A DNA stretch of 64,000 nucleotides, taken from NCBI GenBank assembly GCA_965279525.1, contig CBDIIB010000004.1, positions 800,001-864,000 of the forward strand, read 5' to 3'. The DNA comes from Tagaea sp. GTDB lineage: Bacteria > Pseudomonadota > Alphaproteobacteria > CACIAM-22H2. A program made the translations under genes and the position numbers. Shown one piece after another: positions 62,570 through 64,000 of this stretch. Numbering within the stretch: the stretch's first letter is position 1; each line of letters begins with the position of its first letter. The notes below the pieces were generated by a model that saw nothing but the letters and a program-made list of their open reading frames with translations, was not told where the DNA came from and made no database searches.

Positions 62570-63688
62570 TCAGCCGGTCGGGCGCACGAGCGTCAGCTCG
62601 GCATGCTGCAGCCCGCAATAATAGGGATCGACCCCGTCGAGGAACGCATTGAGCTTCATGTTGAAGCAATAGTGCTCGAACCCGTGCTTGTCGACGACGC
62701 GGATTTTCTGACGCTGGAAGCGGCCCTCGGGCATGCGCCGGCCGGTAAGATAGAGCGCGGTCCGCTCGATCCTGTGACCCATCACCGGCAGATCGATCAG
62801 TCGAGACAGGGCGCCGGCGACGCGCTCGACGAACTGTTCCTCGTCGATCCAGACGCCGTTGACGTCGTCCCAGCGATGGAACGCGCCGACCAGGATCTGG
62901 TCGGGGCGGCAATTGGCGACGAGGCGCGCAACCTGGATCGTGACATCGCCGACGATGAAGTCGTTGCGGCTGGTGCCGGTACGGTCGGGCTGGCGGTAGT
63001 TGTAGTGACTGCCGATGCCCAGAACGGCGCGCAGCCCCGGGACCGCTTCGGGCACCGTGACGGAGCGGCGCAACGCCGCATGGAAAATGGCGAACAGCAC
63101 GTAGCCCAGGAACAGGTCGATGTCCGCGCCGAGGCCCTTGCGCTCGTTCCAGACATAGAACCCGTCGCCCGTCGTCGACCGGCACATCTGGAAGTCGATG
63201 TTGTGGGCAAGGGCAGTCTCGGCGGCGATGTTGAGCGCGAATTCGAGCGTCGCGAGCTGGCTTGCCTGCTGCTCGGGCAGCAGCTTCGAGAATCCGACAA
63301 TGTCGAGCAGCAGGACGGCGCGCTGGTCGGTCTTGGTGACGGCAAACGGCGCGAAAACCTCCTCGACGACCGAGGCCGGCGTCTGGTCGGGGCCATCGCC
63401 GATCGACTGCGTGAGGCGCAGGTCGAGTGCCCGCGACTGCAACGCCTCTGATATCTCCTCGAACGTCTTGTCGCCCATCTGGCGACCGCCGACGAACACG
63501 CGACGCGGCGCGTCCTTCAGGGCGAACAGCCGGATCTTCGGCGCCGTCAGGATCTCCATGCCTGTCGCCGTCGGTCGCCAGCCAACAAGCGCGTTTGACC
63601 CGAACCGCCACACGGAATAGAGCGTGCGGTGCAGTTCGGCGCGGATCTCCGGCGCGGTATCGGCCGTGTATGTCTGGTCGTTCGGCAT
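62570..63688 (-). CDS. Divergent soluble class III nucleotide cyclase-like protein
   Basis: AVLLLDIVGFS and TGDGFY (both metal Asp), LRAVLGIG, IVGDVTIQVARL, DQILV, VVDKHG. Confidence 0.7.
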   Translation of the reverse strand: MPNDQTYTADTAPEIRAELHRTLYSVWRFGSNALVGWRPTATGMEILTAPKIRLFALKDAPRRVFVGGRQMGDKTFEEISEALQSRALDLRLTQSIGDGPDQTPASVVEEVFAPFAVTKTDQRAVLLLDIVGFSKLLPEQQASQLATLEFALNIAAETALAHNIDFQMCRSTTGDGFYVWNERKGLGADIDLFLGYVLFAIFHAALRRSVTVPEAVPGLRAVLGIGSHYNYRQPDRTGTSRNDFIVGDVTIQVARLVANCRPDQILVGAFHRWDDVNGVWIDEEQFVERVAGALSRLIDLPVMGHRIERTALYLTGRRMPEGRFQRQKIRVVDKHGFEHYCFNMKLNAFLDGVDPYYCGLQHAELTLVRPTG

Positions 63689-63764
63689 TGGCTACACAAA
63701 GCTTATACCGGAAACACCGCCGGATTCACCGGTCGTCGGCGGGCGGGCGCCCGAACCTGCGGCC

Positions 63765-64000
63765 CTATTGGCCGAGATCGACGAAGTAGCCGCCGCCCGG
63801 CGGCTCGGCGAGCGGCGCGAACCGTTCGACGCGCCCCTGACGTCGCGCGTCCAGCAGATAGCGTCCAACCGGCTGGAAGAGCGTCTCGCCGCCACCGGGA
63901 ACGGGCGGATCGATATGCACGGAATAGCTGCGGGGTGCAGGCGCAACCCGCTCTTCGATCAGGCGCCTCAGCCTGTCGAGAGCCTCGCCGCGTGCAAGCC
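63765..64000 (-). CDS. C-terminal part of a hypothetical protein entering from the window edge (...LARGEALDRLRRLIEERV...GGGYFVDLGQ*)
   Basis: Open frame from the edge to TAG at 63765 with typical codon usage; not in the ORF track because its start lies outside the window. Confidence 0.55.
   Translation of the reverse strand, partial: LARGEALDRLRRLIEERVAPAPRSYSVHIDPPVPGGGETLFQPVGRYLLDARRQGRVERFAPLAEPPGGGYFVDLGQ

Overview
GC-rich chromosomal window from an alphaproteobacterium, probably Rhodospirillales-like. The assignment rests on the purCSQL-bolA-grxD order, a DUF1476 zeta-type gene, the nadE-gltX-cysS-cimA-trmJ run, stand-alone rpsD, CtrA-like boxes and a RIME/CIR-type repeat. Most of the window is housekeeping: peptidoglycan remodelling (mepA, ycbK-like, ycbB-like), kup, rimO, an MCP, map, radC, purine biosynthesis, NAD synthesis and salvage, class II DAHP synthase, gor, gabD, glmSU, gph, msrA, tRNA-Leu(TAA) and tRNA-Val(CAC). 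I saw no integrase, transposase, prophage or CRISPR array. The strongest leads are (1) an orphan sigma70 promoter firing into a motif-dense, structured 270-nt gap between convergent rimO and MCP genes; (2) a three-hairpin sRNA candidate with repeated C-rich loops; (3) a solitary, degenerate Dam/D12-like methyltransferase coupled to a rhomboid protease; (4) a membrane-anchored pseudokinase plus a partner membrane protein; (5) a split-beta nitrile hydratase/thiocyanate hydrolase-like operon with no visible activator; (6) a divergent class III nucleotide cyclase; and (7) a degenerate AtuA-like pair. All calls come from reading motifs by eye, with no database searches. Start codons were re-chosen by hand where the ORF track was over-extended.
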